Positions 28,780-39,500 of a DNA stretch of 64,000 bases are shown here, piece after piece. Origin of the DNA: Gammaproteobacteria bacterium (GTDB lineage Bacteria > Pseudomonadota > Gammaproteobacteria > Ga0077536); NCBI GenBank assembly GCA_963662545.2, contig CAXXLL010000002.1, positions 1,408,001 through 1,472,000 of the forward strand, written 5' to 3'. A model generated the notes under the pieces. The model made no database searches. It had not been told where the DNA came from and saw nothing but the letters and a program-made list of their open reading frames with translations. Each line of letters opens with the position of its first letter. The stretch's first letter is position 1. The position numbers were made by a program, and so were the translations under genes.

Positions 28780-29994
28780 TCAACGGATCGTTCCTGCCGT
28801 GGCCTGAGGGTGGCTGATCGAATTCAGATTCTTTAGGGCGATATTCGCCTTTGCCGAAGTATTGGCGAGCGCTACGGTGTTTACTTTCTGCGCCGCAATC
28901 ATTGCCTTGACCGACGCGATTTTTGCGTTCTTGACCGCATGGGGAACGCGGGGGGGTGTTGAGCCCCTTTGGGCATTGACGGCCGCTTTGCTCCTCGTCA
29001 AGTGGGGAACAGTGCGCTCAGTGACGATACCCCGTGTTATCGACGGTACGTTCAGGCCGACGATGGGCGCCATGACGTTGCCATTTATTTCTGCCGTAGC
29101 GAGCGTCAGGGCCCGGGTCATATCCGCTTTCGTACCGACGACCAGCGGTCGGCCGGGACGGGAAAGTATCCGCACGTGGTGCGTTTGGATATCGGTGGCT
29201 AGGATCGCCGGTGTGTCATTGGTGCGTGAGGATTCCGCGTCGGTCGCCACATCGGGTGCCGGTTCGGCAACGGCAAGGGAACCTGCTGATTCGCCATTTT
29301 TATTTGACGCCGGGCTGTCGTCATCACCTTCCGATTCTTCGGGTGTTGGCGGCGCTTTCCGGAGCACGAAATTTGGCGAGAATGTCGAGAATTCGGGGAG
29401 CGTAAACGCATTCTTCACGTGCGCGGAACGACCTGCCGGCACATCGAGAACGCCGGCCGTATTCTCGATGAATATCGTTCCTTCCAGCGTTTCGGCGTGT
29501 AATCCTTGCATATATGTTTTGCGGTTGCCGAGTACGCACTCCACCTCGCACAGCAGGACGTTGTAGGCCGTGCCCCGAATTCCTATCGTCCCGTAGGACG
29601 TACGTAGGCCGTAGCGCTTGGCCCGTGCATGGCCAATGGCTCCGCTGATCGCGCGCATGCCGCCTTTCAAGAGTTCGAACAAAGCCCACTCGGCCCCGTC
29701 TTCAGACTCGTTGTATTCAAAGCGCTCGATACGAAAACGGGTGTTTTTCTGGATCGATATGAACCCGCCGTCCCGAAATGCAAGCTGAATCGCCCCATTT
29801 TCGGTCACGAGTGTCGTGCCCGCCGAAATCTGCTGGCCTTCGAGGATAGAGAATCGCTCGCCCGCCTCGGTTTCCGTCCAGGCACTGCCAATCACCACTA
29901 TCACCTCGGCAGCGCCATTTGCGGCGAACAACGCGCTCGAAAAAGCCAGCAGAACCAAAAGTATGAGGCAGCGGGATATGGAGCATTTAGGCAT
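28780..29994 (-). CDS. Exported FecR-domain protein with low-complexity C-terminus
   Basis: Signal peptide; FRDGGFISIQKNTRF, LLKGGMRAISG, TIGIRGT, then C-x3-C; Pro/Ala/acidic tail. Confidence 0.78.
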   Translation of the reverse strand: MPKCSISRCLILLVLLAFSSALFAANGAAEVIVVIGSAWTETEAGERFSILEGQQISAGTTLVTENGAIQLAFRDGGFISIQKNTRFRIERFEYNESEDGAEWALFELLKGGMRAISGAIGHARAKRYGLRTSYGTIGIRGTAYNVLLCEVECVLGNRKTYMQGLHAETLEGTIFIENTAGVLDVPAGRSAHVKNAFTLPEFSTFSPNFVLRKAPPTPEESEGDDDSPASNKNGESAGSLAVAEPAPDVATDAESSRTNDTPAILATDIQTHHVRILSRPGRPLVVGTKADMTRALTLATAEINGNVMAPIVGLNVPSITRGIVTERTVPHLTRSKAAVNAQRGSTPPRVPHAVKNAKIASVKAMIAAQKVNTVALANTSAKANIALKNLNSISHPQATAGTIR

Positions 29995-30285
29995 TTGTGG
30001 GCACCCTTTAGTGAAATCGTTCGGCGGTAGAAAAAGCGGCAGTACAGTTTCCAGATCGACGCCTTGGCGTGTTGTGACGGTCGTCACGGGGCGGACCGCT
30101 TAACGAAAATTGACATTCTCACCACCTGGGAGATATCTGATTGAACGCGCCGCGGCCGGACTGGTTGACACAGGCGATGCCGGATCAGTGCGATCGGCGC
30201 CGTTGGCTGCGAACCGCCGCAGGTGTATAAAGTCCCAATATACGAGCTCGGGCACGCCCCGGGGCTGACGAACAGGAGTTTTCAC

Positions 30286-30975
30286 ATGTCGACGGGCGGC
30301 GAAATATTGCTGATAGAGGACCACCGCGATATCGCGGAGATGGTGTTCGATTACCTCGAAAATCAGGGGTATACGGTCGATTACGCGGCCGATGGTGTGA
30401 CCGGGCTCCATCTCGGGATCCAGAACGACTACGACGCCGTGGTTTTGGATCTGATGCTGCCTGGCATCGACGGCCTCGATGTCTGTCGGCGGCTACGCAG
30501 GGACGCACACGTCGACGCGCCGGTATTGATGTTGACCGCCCGCGATACTCTCGAAGACAAGCTATTGGGATTTGAAAGCGGTGCGGACGACTACCTGGTC
30601 AAGCCCTTTGATCTGGAAGAGCTGGAAGCTCGGCTTGGCTCGCTCATCCGGCGCCGGCGGGGCGATATTGCGCGCGAGCTACTGCGGGTGGGCGAATTGA
30701 CGCTGGATCTTCAGACGCTGAAAGTCATGCGCGAGGCGCACGAATTAACGGTATCGCCGATTGGCATTAAAATCCTCACGGTCCTCATGCAGCGCTCGCC
30801 GAAGGTCGTCGACAGATGGGCCATTGAGCGCGCGATATGGGGAGACCTGCCGCCAGACAGCGACGCGCTGCGCAGCCATATGTACAACCTTCGCAAGGTC
30901 GTCGACAAGCCTTTCACGGGGCGCATGATTTATACGGTGCACAGTGCCGGCTTCAGAATCGTCGCCGGTGAATGA
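30286..30975 (+). CDS. OmpR-family response regulator
   Basis: LLIEDH, VLDLMLPGIDG, MLTARD, GADDYLVKPF, C-terminal wHTH (LRSHMYNLRK). Confidence 0.95.
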   Translation: MSTGGEILLIEDHRDIAEMVFDYLENQGYTVDYAADGVTGLHLGIQNDYDAVVLDLMLPGIDGLDVCRRLRRDAHVDAPVLMLTARDTLEDKLLGFESGADDYLVKPFDLEELEARLGSLIRRRRGDIARELLRVGELTLDLQTLKVMREAHELTVSPIGIKILTVLMQRSPKVVDRWAIERAIWGDLPPDSDALRSHMYNLRKVVDKPFTGRMIYTVHSAGFRIVAGE

Positions 30976-32302
30976 GCGCAAGCCGCGCCTGAACGCGCGC
31001 TTGTGGCGCGCTTTCATACTACAGATCGTATTGATCAGCGCGACGGCTGTCGCCGGTGTATTCCTCGCGGAATTCGCGATTCGCGAACTCTTGATCGTAT
31101 CCGCCCTGGAACGAGAAGCCGACTATTTCTGGTCGCGTTACAACATCACCCGCGACACCCCGGCTCCAAATACCAATACCTTCATCGGATACGTATTCGG
31201 CCGCGGAGCGCCGAACACGCCAGAGGAATTCCAGAATCTCGGTCTTGGTATTCATGATTTGACGATGCAGGTTGGTAAGGGCGTGGTGCACGTCAGTGAG
31301 TCGGAAGACATGCGTCTGTATTTGGTATTCGACGCCAACAACGTCAATGAGCTTGCAACCTATTTCGGCATCATGCCGCTGGCATTGATGCTGATCGTGC
31401 TTTACTCCTCGGCGTGGGTCGCCTACGGCATCGCGCGTCGTGCCGTGTCACCGGTTGTACGTCTTGCCCGTGCGGTACGGGACATCGATGTAGCAACCCC
31501 GGATCTGGGGGCCTTCAATGCGGCGAATCAGGGGCAGGGACACGATGCGGAAATCCATTCCCTGTCTAATGCACTCCGTCACCTGATGGCCCGCGTCGAC
31601 CAGTTCGTCGAGCGTGAAAGAACGTTCACGCGCGAGACGAGCCACGAACTGAGAAGCCCTCTGACTGTCATTCGCATGGCTAGCGACACGTTGTTGAATC
31701 GTGGAACACTGGAGGATGGGGCTCGCTCCTTGATCGGGAAGATCAAGCGATCCGCGCAGGACATGGAAGAGCTGACCGAGGCCTTACTCGCGCTGGCGCG
31801 AGATTTCGAAGGCACAGGCAGGAACGAAAGGACTTCGATCAATGAAGTAATCGAGAATGAGCTCGCGCGATGCCGGATAATCTACCACGACGCCCCGGTA
31901 ACGCTGGATTTGAACGAGAATGTCGAGCTTGTGGTCGACAGCCCGCCCAAAATCGCGGGGATCGTTTTTGGAAACCTGATTCGAAACGCATGCGCCTACA
32001 CCGACGAAGGCACGGTTATAGTTACCGTGCATGCGGCCGGCGTCACGATACGCGACAGCGGGATCGGCATGAGCAAGGAACACCTCGGACGGATATTCAC
32101 GCCTTATTACAGGGCGTCGAATTCTCGGGGAAGCGGGCACGGTGTCGGCTTGAGCATGGTCAAGCGACTCACCGATCGACTCGGTTGGTCCGTTGATATC
32201 AAGAGTGAGCCCGAGCGTGGTACGCACGTGGATGTCACCATCCCGGATGCGCATGTGGAGCCGCTGGAAACGTCCGGCGCGCGGATCGCTACCGCGGGCT
32301 AG
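30968..32302 (+). CDS. Sensor histidine kinase
   Basis: Two TM helices, HAMP region, H-box SHELRSPL, NLIRNA, DSGIG, GHGVGL. Confidence 0.95.
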   Translation: MNERKPRLNARLWRAFILQIVLISATAVAGVFLAEFAIRELLIVSALEREADYFWSRYNITRDTPAPNTNTFIGYVFGRGAPNTPEEFQNLGLGIHDLTMQVGKGVVHVSESEDMRLYLVFDANNVNELATYFGIMPLALMLIVLYSSAWVAYGIARRAVSPVVRLARAVRDIDVATPDLGAFNAANQGQGHDAEIHSLSNALRHLMARVDQFVERERTFTRETSHELRSPLTVIRMASDTLLNRGTLEDGARSLIGKIKRSAQDMEELTEALLALARDFEGTGRNERTSINEVIENELARCRIIYHDAPVTLDLNENVELVVDSPPKIAGIVFGNLIRNACAYTDEGTVIVTVHAAGVTIRDSGIGMSKEHLGRIFTPYYRASNSRGSGHGVGLSMVKRLTDRLGWSVDIKSEPERGTHVDVTIPDAHVEPLETSGARIATAG

Positions 32303-32344
32303 CGCCCGGATTCGAACTGTTCTAGTTCGACGGGCGTTGGTTCA

Positions 32345-32459
32345 GCCACTGTCACGCCGATCGGCCTCCTGAATGGGCCATGCCTTTTTCTTCGGCGGTT
32401 TCGGCCGCAGCGCTAAGCGGCAGCAGCGCGATCAGCAGTGCCGTTATCAAATGACGCAT
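32345..32459 (-). pseudogene. 5' remnant of an outer-membrane lipoprotein-sorting (LolA-like) protein gene
   Basis: Not in the ORF track. Reads MRHLITALLIALLPLSAAAETAEEKGMA then, after a shift, QEADRRDSG*. Overlaps the MMPL 3' end, where such genes usually sit. Confidence 0.6.
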
Positions 32460-34756
32460 CGGTCTCTTTCTCCTCGATTTTCATCAACAGGGGCGGCAGC
32501 ATCAGAAATACCATTATCAGTGCGAGCGTGATAATGAGGGCGGTCATCAGACCCATGCCTGCATTCATTTCGAAACTAGACGTGGCCAATACGGAGAAGC
32601 CGACAACTAGGGTCAGGGTGGTCACCACGAGGGCCCGACCGACGGTTCGAAAAGCGTACCGCACGGCATCCGGCGGACTGAGCCCATTCTCGCGGCGAGC
32701 GCGCAGATACTTGGATAGAAAATGCACAGTATCGTCGATCACAATGCCGAAGGTCATACCGGCGACAATTGACAGCGAGAGCCCGATCTCGCCGACGAAA
32801 ATGCCCCAGATACCGAAACCGATCGCGGCCGGCGCAAGGTTCGGCAATAGGCTGATAAAGCCCAGCTTCAACGAGCGCAATGCGATGATCAGCATGCCCG
32901 AGATCAAGACCAGGGCAATGCTCGTGCCAAAGAGCATCGCGTAGACATTGCGCTGACCAATATTGGCGAACATGAGGCTCACACTCGCGCTTTCGGTGTA
33001 CGCGAATGACGGTGCATTAGCGGCCGTCCAAGCCAAAGCCCTTTTGTTCAGATTGATCATCTCCTGGCTCGAGATGGTGTCGATGCTTACCGTCAATTTA
33101 GTCGATGATTTATCGACATTGATCTGATTATTCAGGTCGAGCCCGTAGGGTAGCGACATTTCGTACAGTAGTAGGTACTGGGCGGCGAGGTCGCGATCAC
33201 CGGGAAGTCGGTAATAGCTCTCGTTGTCCCCGTGCATATTCTTATTGAGGCGTTTCATGACGTTGGTGAAACGATCGACGTGAATCGTTTCCGGCTGCGC
33301 CTCCAGCCATTCGGCGAATCTTTCGACGTCGCGTTGAAAATCCGGGTCGCTGATCCCGCCGGATTCCCCCGCTTGGATCGAGTAACTGATTGAATCGACG
33401 CCGCTCAGGTTTTCCACCATGAAATCGCTGTCGGCGCGAAACGCAATCGACGTGTCGAAGTAATATAGAAAGATATCATTCAGTTCGTTACGCGGCAGAT
33501 TGGCGACTGTCACGACGCTGAGTATCGACATGACCCACAGCAACCGACGCCGTTTGGCGATGACGAATTCGGCCAATCGAGACATCGTGGTGTAGTCGTC
33601 TTGCGCGGTTTGTCGGACCTTTACCGGCAACAGGCTCATGAGAGCGGGGAGAAACGATACGGTGAGGCTGAAGGCGACGAGAACGCCAATCGATACCAGG
33701 GTACCGAGGTGGCCGAAGGGTGGCACCTCGGAGAAATTCATGGTCATAAATCCGATCGCCGTCGTCGCACTTGCAAGAAACACGGGATGCACGTTGATCC
33801 GGAGACTTTCCTCCATGGCCTGCAGCCTGGGTTCGCCCAGCAGCATGCCGTGGTGGAAGGTGACCAGCAGGTGAACGCAGTTCGCCACCGCAACGGTCAG
33901 AATGATAATGGGCGTGGACGCCGACATGCCGGTCAAGGGAAATCCGATATACCCACCAGCGCCCATTGCGGCGAAGATCGAGAATATGATGATCATCAAG
34001 GTCACAAGGGTCCCGAAAAAACCACCGACCAGCAGTGCGATCAATCCCATCATCAGAAAAAAGCTAATCGGGACGAGCTTCGTCATATCATCCGACGCTA
34101 CCTCGAAAAAGGCGTGGTCCATCATCACCATGCCGGTGAGATAGGCGTCGATACCCGGATGTCGGTTCTTGAAATCGGTGACCATGTCGCGCACGAACTC
34201 GACAACCAAGGGCGTCGCCTCGGCACGCTCGGCGGCCGGCATTTGCATGGTGATGTTGATCCCCGTGACATGCCCGCGGTCCGAGATGAGGCGTTTGTTG
34301 AGGGCCGGTTCGGCCAGTACCGCCAAGCGTATTTTCGCAAGCGCATCGTCGCTCAGCGATTGCGCGTCTTTGACCATATCACGCACGATGAGGTCGTCTT
34401 CTTCCGCCTCGGTGTATTGAAAGTTGGAGATCGAATCGACCCTGTTGGAATGGGGGACTTGCCACGCTGCCGTGGTCAATTCCTCGATCGCCTCGAGGTT
34501 ATCGCGCGTGAAGACGTCGCCACCCCGCGGTGCGAGTATGATGATAATGTTGTCGTCTTTGGCGTAGGTGTTCTACGACGTTTTCAAATGCCAGTAGTTC
34601 AGGGTTGTCGTCGCTGAAATAAACGCGGTAGCTCGTATCGAAACGCGATTTGACGTTGCCGTAGCTGAGCGCGGTGACCGCGGCTAGGCACACCACGATG
34701 ATCAGTAAGCGATGTTCCATAACCCAGCGTGCGTAGGCGGCTTCAAATCTGTTCAT
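32413..34756 (-). pseudogene. MMPL/RND family transporter with a 1-bp insertion at ~34575
   Basis: Removing one base (GTC-G[T]AG-AAC) joins ORF 34499-34789 to ORF 32413-34479 into 780 aa. Two TM bundles; GIVIDDTVHFL. Confidence 0.88.
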
Positions 34757-34805
34757 ATCGGCATGTTCATTACGGGAAGCTGGTTCCAATAGGGGTTGTT
34801 GTAAT

Positions 34806-34975
34806 CACTGACGCGCGGGCATTGGCCGTAGACCATCGAGCAGCAGCGTGACGACGCCGGGCGCGTTCGTCAAACTCCTTGCGATCGTAGAGCCCGACAA
34901 ACAGCGGCACGTCGAACAATGTAAAGGCGCTGTGCAGGTAGCATGCGCGCGATGCGACATCGTCGATCGCGGGTC
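34806..34975 (-). pseudogene. Probable C-terminal remnant of a TetR-like regulator
   Basis: Minus strand gives LHSAFTLFDVPLFVGLYDRKEFDERA / GVVTLLLDGLR across a frameshift, directly upstream of MMPL. No HTH remains. Confidence 0.4.
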
Positions 34976-35100
34976 ACTGTGTAATGGAAATATAAACGCT
35001 CAAACGGTTGATTTAGAAGGCAGCTGAGTGATCGTTGACCCCGTTCCGTTCGCCGTTCCCCCGTTTGTAGACAGTCATCCGGCCGCGCCCGGATGAGGAT

Positions 35101-35257
35101 TCAATCTGGCGGTTTGATCAGCACGTCGACGCGCATCGGTGCCTCGAAATAGGCGCCGGTGGGCTTTGTGTGACGGGCGAACCTCGCCTCGACTTCGGCA
35201 TACACCTCACTCGACAGCCGATGGTCCGTGTGGGTCGCTCTAATAACGCGCTCTTCG
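35101..35257 (-). pseudogene. Diverged duplicate of the 3' end of the methyltransferase at 55022-55735
   Basis: Encodes EERVIRATHTDHRLSSEVYAEVEARFARHTKPTGAYFEAPMRVDVLIKPPD*; 18 mismatches in the first 120 bp by hand count. Confidence 0.9.
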
Positions 35258-35261
35258 GGAC

Positions 35262-35344
35262 CGTAAAGGTGACGGAGGGATTTAACTTTCGTAAAGGCGT
35301 AAAGGTGACGGAGGGATTTAACTTTAATCCCTCCGTCACCTTTA
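35262..35344. repeat. REP-like cluster: 28-bp direct repeat plus inverted copy
   Basis: CGTAAAGGTGACGGAGGGATTTAACTTT at 35262 and 35298, followed by inverted AATCCCTCCGTCACCTTTA. Confidence 0.8.
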
Positions 35345-35353
35345 TTACGGACG

Positions 35354-35484
35354 CACCGATCGCCTTGGATGGTCCGTAGACATCCAGAGTGAGCCTCAGC
35401 GCGGTACGCGCGTGGAAGTCACCATCCCGGATGCACAGGTGGAGCCGCTGGAAACGTCCAGCGCGCGGATCGTTAGCGCCGGCT
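35354..35484 (+). pseudogene. Diverged duplicate of the histidine kinase 3' end (32170-32302)
   Basis: TDRLGWSVDIQSEPQRGTRVEVTIPDAQVEPLETSSARIVSAG versus TDRLGWSVDIKSEPERGTHVDVTIPDAHVEPLETSGARIATAG. Confidence 0.9.
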
Positions 35485-35716
35485 CATAGGTCGGATCTTA
35501 TAACCCGTTGAAAAGAGGGAACCAAAAGCGCTCCACCGGATCAAATCGTTGAAATCAACGGCAAGCAACTTCCGGGTCTGGGAGTATCGGATGGAGCACC
35601 AAGAAATTAGCACGGAAAGCCGTCAGTGAAAACGCACGCTGGGCGAGCGCACGCTCAATGACTTGGGGCGTGCAACGCGGTTCTGTCACCGTGAAAGGGA
35701 GATTACGCCGTTCCGT
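35485..35716 (+). mobile_element. Truncated 5' end of an IS4-family element related to 44224-45646
   Basis: Begins CATAGGTCGGATCTTATAA and aligns with the reverse complement of ~45417-45646, including a degenerate transposase N-terminus. Confidence 0.88.
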
Positions 35717-35749
35717 AAACTATCGCCTTGAAAACTTAGAAGTCGGCCT

Positions 35750-35769
35750 GAATTCGTGGGGATCCCTCA
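35750..35769. mobile_element. Isolated right end of the IS10-like element
   Basis: GAATTCGTGGGGATCCCTCAG versus GAATTTGTGGGGATCCCTCAG at 47427-47447. Confidence 0.7.
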
Positions 35770-35774
35770 GCCTC

Positions 35775-35861
35775 CGAGTAGAGTTCGAACAAGCCACGTT
35801 CCACCGCGGTCCGTACTGATTCGAACGCCGTTTCGCGGACGATCCGTTCGTCATGGAACAA
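35775..35861 (-). pseudogene. Second diverged internal fragment of the methyltransferase
   Basis: Matches ~55226-55312 (LFHDERIVRETAFESVRTAVERGLFELYS versus LFHDERVVREAAFESIRTAVERGAFELYS). Confidence 0.85.
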
Positions 35862-35947
35862 TCCGGGTAGATCGAACCCTGACGGTCACCGCGTGAAGTG
35901 ATGTGATCAAACGCACCCGCGAACTCGAGGCGTAATGGTCGTGACAT
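35862..35947 (-). pseudogene. N-terminal remnant of a REP-associated tyrosine (Y1/HUH) transposase
   Basis: MSRPLRLEFAGAFDHITSRGDRQGSIY matches the MxRPLR.E..GA.YH.TSRG start of RAYT-like proteins; RBS GAGAGG. Confidence 0.75.
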
Positions 35948-36013
35948 TCGGCTTCCTCTCCGAACAAATCATCAAAGGCTGGGTGGCGCTGGGCCCCTGG
36001 TTCTACGCGTTCC

Positions 36014-36538
36014 TTAGTGTGGTTGTGACTCAGTTTCGATGCTGCGCCGGATATCCTCGATGATCTTTACTCTGATACCCGCATGATCGGGATAGGTAAA
36101 GGAGCCAGTTTGCTTGGCAGCGGATACCTTCCAGCTCAATGTGTTCTCGCTGTCCGCGGCGAACTTGTAGACCTTTAGGTACTTGTTGTTGGCCTCCACT
36201 TCAATCATTTCGACGATCCAATAGTAGTCACCGCTAGCCGCCTTGAAGCTTTGAATTACGGCGAATTCATCGGGCGAAGGAAAAATGTTCTGAAAAGTCT
36301 TCTGAACACGATCCCAATTCTCCTTGAGCGTCTCAATCGTCAAGCCAGGTTGAAGGCTCAAATACAGTCTAAGGGTTTCGAAGTCACCTGCTCGTAGAGC
36401 ATTCGAAACTTTCCGGTAGGTTTGCTTGTGTGAGTCCAGATCCGCGCCAAGAGAGTTCGTGGCCAACGCCGGCAGGAGTGCAATGGCCAAGAGAAGACCT
36501 TTAAGCACCTTTTTCGCCCTTCGGTTAAGGGTGCACAA
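36014..36538 (-). CDS. Hypothetical exported protein downstream of TpsA
   Basis: Signal-peptide-like N-terminus, 174 aa, lower GC, no recognisable motif. Confidence 0.6.
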   Translation of the reverse strand: MCTLNRRAKKVLKGLLLAIALLPALATNSLGADLDSHKQTYRKVSNALRAGDFETLRLYLSLQPGLTIETLKENWDRVQKTFQNIFPSPDEFAVIQSFKAASGDYYWIVEMIEVEANNKYLKVYKFAADSENTLSWKVSAAKQTGSFTYPDHAGIRVKIIEDIRRSIETESQPH

Positions 36539-36594
36539 CGTGCCGCATTAAAGCTGCATTGCGCTTGCGCAGAGGGTCGAGAGAACTCCAATAA

Positions 36595-39500
36595 TCAGAA
36601 ACACATCAAGACTTGTTTCTCGTGCGATATTTGTGCTGCGCTTTCGTCTTCATCGTACGATGTCTCGTCATCCAACGCATCGTCCGATTGTGCAAACAGG
36701 TCATCAAGCACTACGATTTCATTGAGAGCGAGCAGCAATGTATCAGATGTACTGGTAGCTTCAGTGGTTGAGGGCAAAGGGCTGATACCAGGTGGACCTG
36801 GTATTGGAACAACGGGAGGAGGTGGCGGTAACGGTGGCGGCGGTGCCGCCCCGAGCAGACCAAATACTCCGGCTTCAATTAAACCGTTGCCAAACGGGTC
36901 CGATGCAAGTTGATTACAGGCAGTACAGGTCCCCGAAAAGCTAAGTAGCGCGGTTCCTGAGCCGCCATTGACATGTAAAACGGCATCCGCGTCGATGCTT
37001 GTGCCCGCATTTAAGGCGATGTTGCTCGCGGCCAAGGTAACATCGCCCGATAGTGATTTGATCATGGCGTAGGCGTTATTACCCAGCCCGGCGATCAAAT
37101 CGATATTCCCGCCCGCGGTTAAATCAATCACATCCGCGGTTAATTCAGCATGGGAACCATTGCCGCTGCCGCCCTGGACCACGATGGCACCGGATACATT
37201 CATGGTCAGTAAGGTCGGATCGATCGTGGCAAAGGCATTGGCGGCCGAGCCGCCGGTGACCGTCACATTGAGCGCGTCGATGGTTTGAACACCGGACGCC
37301 TTAAGTTGCGCATTAGCGCCGGCGGTTGTATTGCTGCCAGTGACATTTATGTTGCCCCCAGAAAAGTTTAAGGTCTGGTTGCCACCGGATTGAACCAATG
37401 CACTCGCAGAGCCCGCCTGGATGTCTAGAAGATTGCCAGATAATGTCATATCTCCGGTTGATACCAGGCTGCCGCCATTGCCTGCGTTGCCGATTCTGAT
37501 GCTCCCGGTACCCGCATTAATCGATGCGGTGCCGGTGACCGTTAGCGCATGATCGATGTCAACAGATTCCACACCGAGTAGATTAAGGCCTGATGCCGCG
37601 TTGGTATTGGCGGTCGTGATAATCGAATCAGACCCCGTCCCGCCATTAATAAAATTCGCGACCATGCCGCCATTTACGGTGAACGAATCATTTCCGGCTA
37701 AGCCAAAAATTCCTTCGATGCCACTAAAGGCAATGCCGGCGACGGTTGCGGCATCTGCTGAATTTAAGACGAAGGCGTCAGCCAACGCCGTTCCCGAAAG
37801 AATATCTGTCGTCGCACTGCTAGCCACAACAGTTTCAAAATTCGCAAATCCCCCGAATATATAGGAGCCGGGGCCATTGCCTGAACCATCGACATTGATC
37901 GTTTCCGCGACGGTTTTATTGGACATATCGAGTACGTCGGTCCCAGCACCACCGTCAAGCAGGCCGGTAAAAATGGCGAGGTTGTTAGCATCGAGGATAA
38001 ATGTATCGTTGCCACTACCGCCAGTGAGGTTACCGACGTTCAAAAAACTCATGCCCGTGACGTTAAAGCTGTTGGTCGCAGTCTGCGTGAATGTGACGCC
38101 CGCGGTATACGCGCTCAGATCGGCCGTGTTGCCCGACGGTGTCGATGCCCCATTAGTTTGGGAGACCGTCGCACCATTGGCGAAAATAAAATTATTGGTA
38201 CTAGTACCGCCTTGGAGTAAATTATAGCTGGTAAAGGTAAACCCAGCGACGTTGCCGGCATCGTTGGCAGTGATATTCCAGGTGTTGGCAACGTTAGGAC
38301 CGATCAACTGATCGCTGCTTGCCCCGCCAATGAAATTAGTAATGTTGGTGAATGAACCCAACTGCGAAGCCGTCCCCGCTGCGAGATTAACGACCAGCCC
38401 GGGTGAGCTTAATTGCGACGAGTAATCCAAGGTGTTGCTGCCGGCGAACCCATCGACCTGGCCGGAGAGACTGCCGACATCCGTGATAGCAAACGTCGGC
38501 GTTGGTGCCGCCGTTAAGGTTGGCAAAATCCGTGAAGGCGTCAGTATTCAAGGTGCCGCTGTCGGCGCCGGTGATGAACCAGCTGTTCACGATATTATCC
38601 GCTATCAGCGTGTCAGTGCCATCCGTACCACCAATCATCAATAGCGTATCAGCGGTGACATTGGCGATGCTGAGTGATTCACTCGAATCGCTGTTTGCGT
38701 CGACATTGATCGTCAGATCCAAAGTGCCGGCGGAATTCAGTCCAATGAGGACATTAAAACTGCCGCCGGTTATAAACGACATCGTGCGGTTGCCGGGAGC
38801 GGTGTAGCCGGAGATTTGAATATCACCGGCGATTGCATTGCCGATCGTCAAGGTCCCGGACGTGGTGCCGGTCAGATTGATCGCGTTCCATTCATTCGCG
38901 GTCAGGTTTAATGTCCCGCTACCGCCGGCCAGACCAATCGTGGTGCCGGGAGTAAACGGTGCAATGGTGATATCGCCACCATTGCCACTCACGGCGCTGT
39001 TAATATGGGTAGCGGCGGCGCCTTGCAGTTCGAGCGTGTCGACGGTGATATCGATGGTGCTGTTATCGTTAGCCAAAACACCGCCGCCGATGGCCATTTG
39101 CATGATCAGGCCTTGTCCGGCATTTTGATTTTCTATCGTGATCGATCCTGTGCCGGCATCTACGCCGGCACCATCGGGACCGATCGTAATATCACCCCCG
39201 GCGTTGTTCGTCAGGCCGGCGCCGTCTTTCAATCGGATCACGACATCGCCACCGGTGGTCGTGATCGTGGCGTTGGCGGAAAAATTAATGACGGCAGTGC
39301 CCGGATCACGTTCAGCATCAACAACACCGTCGGCAAGGGTGGAATTGGCAATCGCGGTAAAATTGCCGCCGTCGGTAGAAATATCGGCATTAAAGAAGAT
39401 GCTGCGGCCCGCCTGCAGGGTGAGATCGCCGCCGGATCCACCAGCGATAACGGCGATATCGGCACCGGCGTTCTGAGTGATGTCATTGTTGGCTTGCAAC

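Noticed and set aside
35262-35344. 28-bp direct repeat as a mini CRISPR array
   Set aside because: Only two copies with an 8-bp spacer and an inverted third copy; no cas genes.
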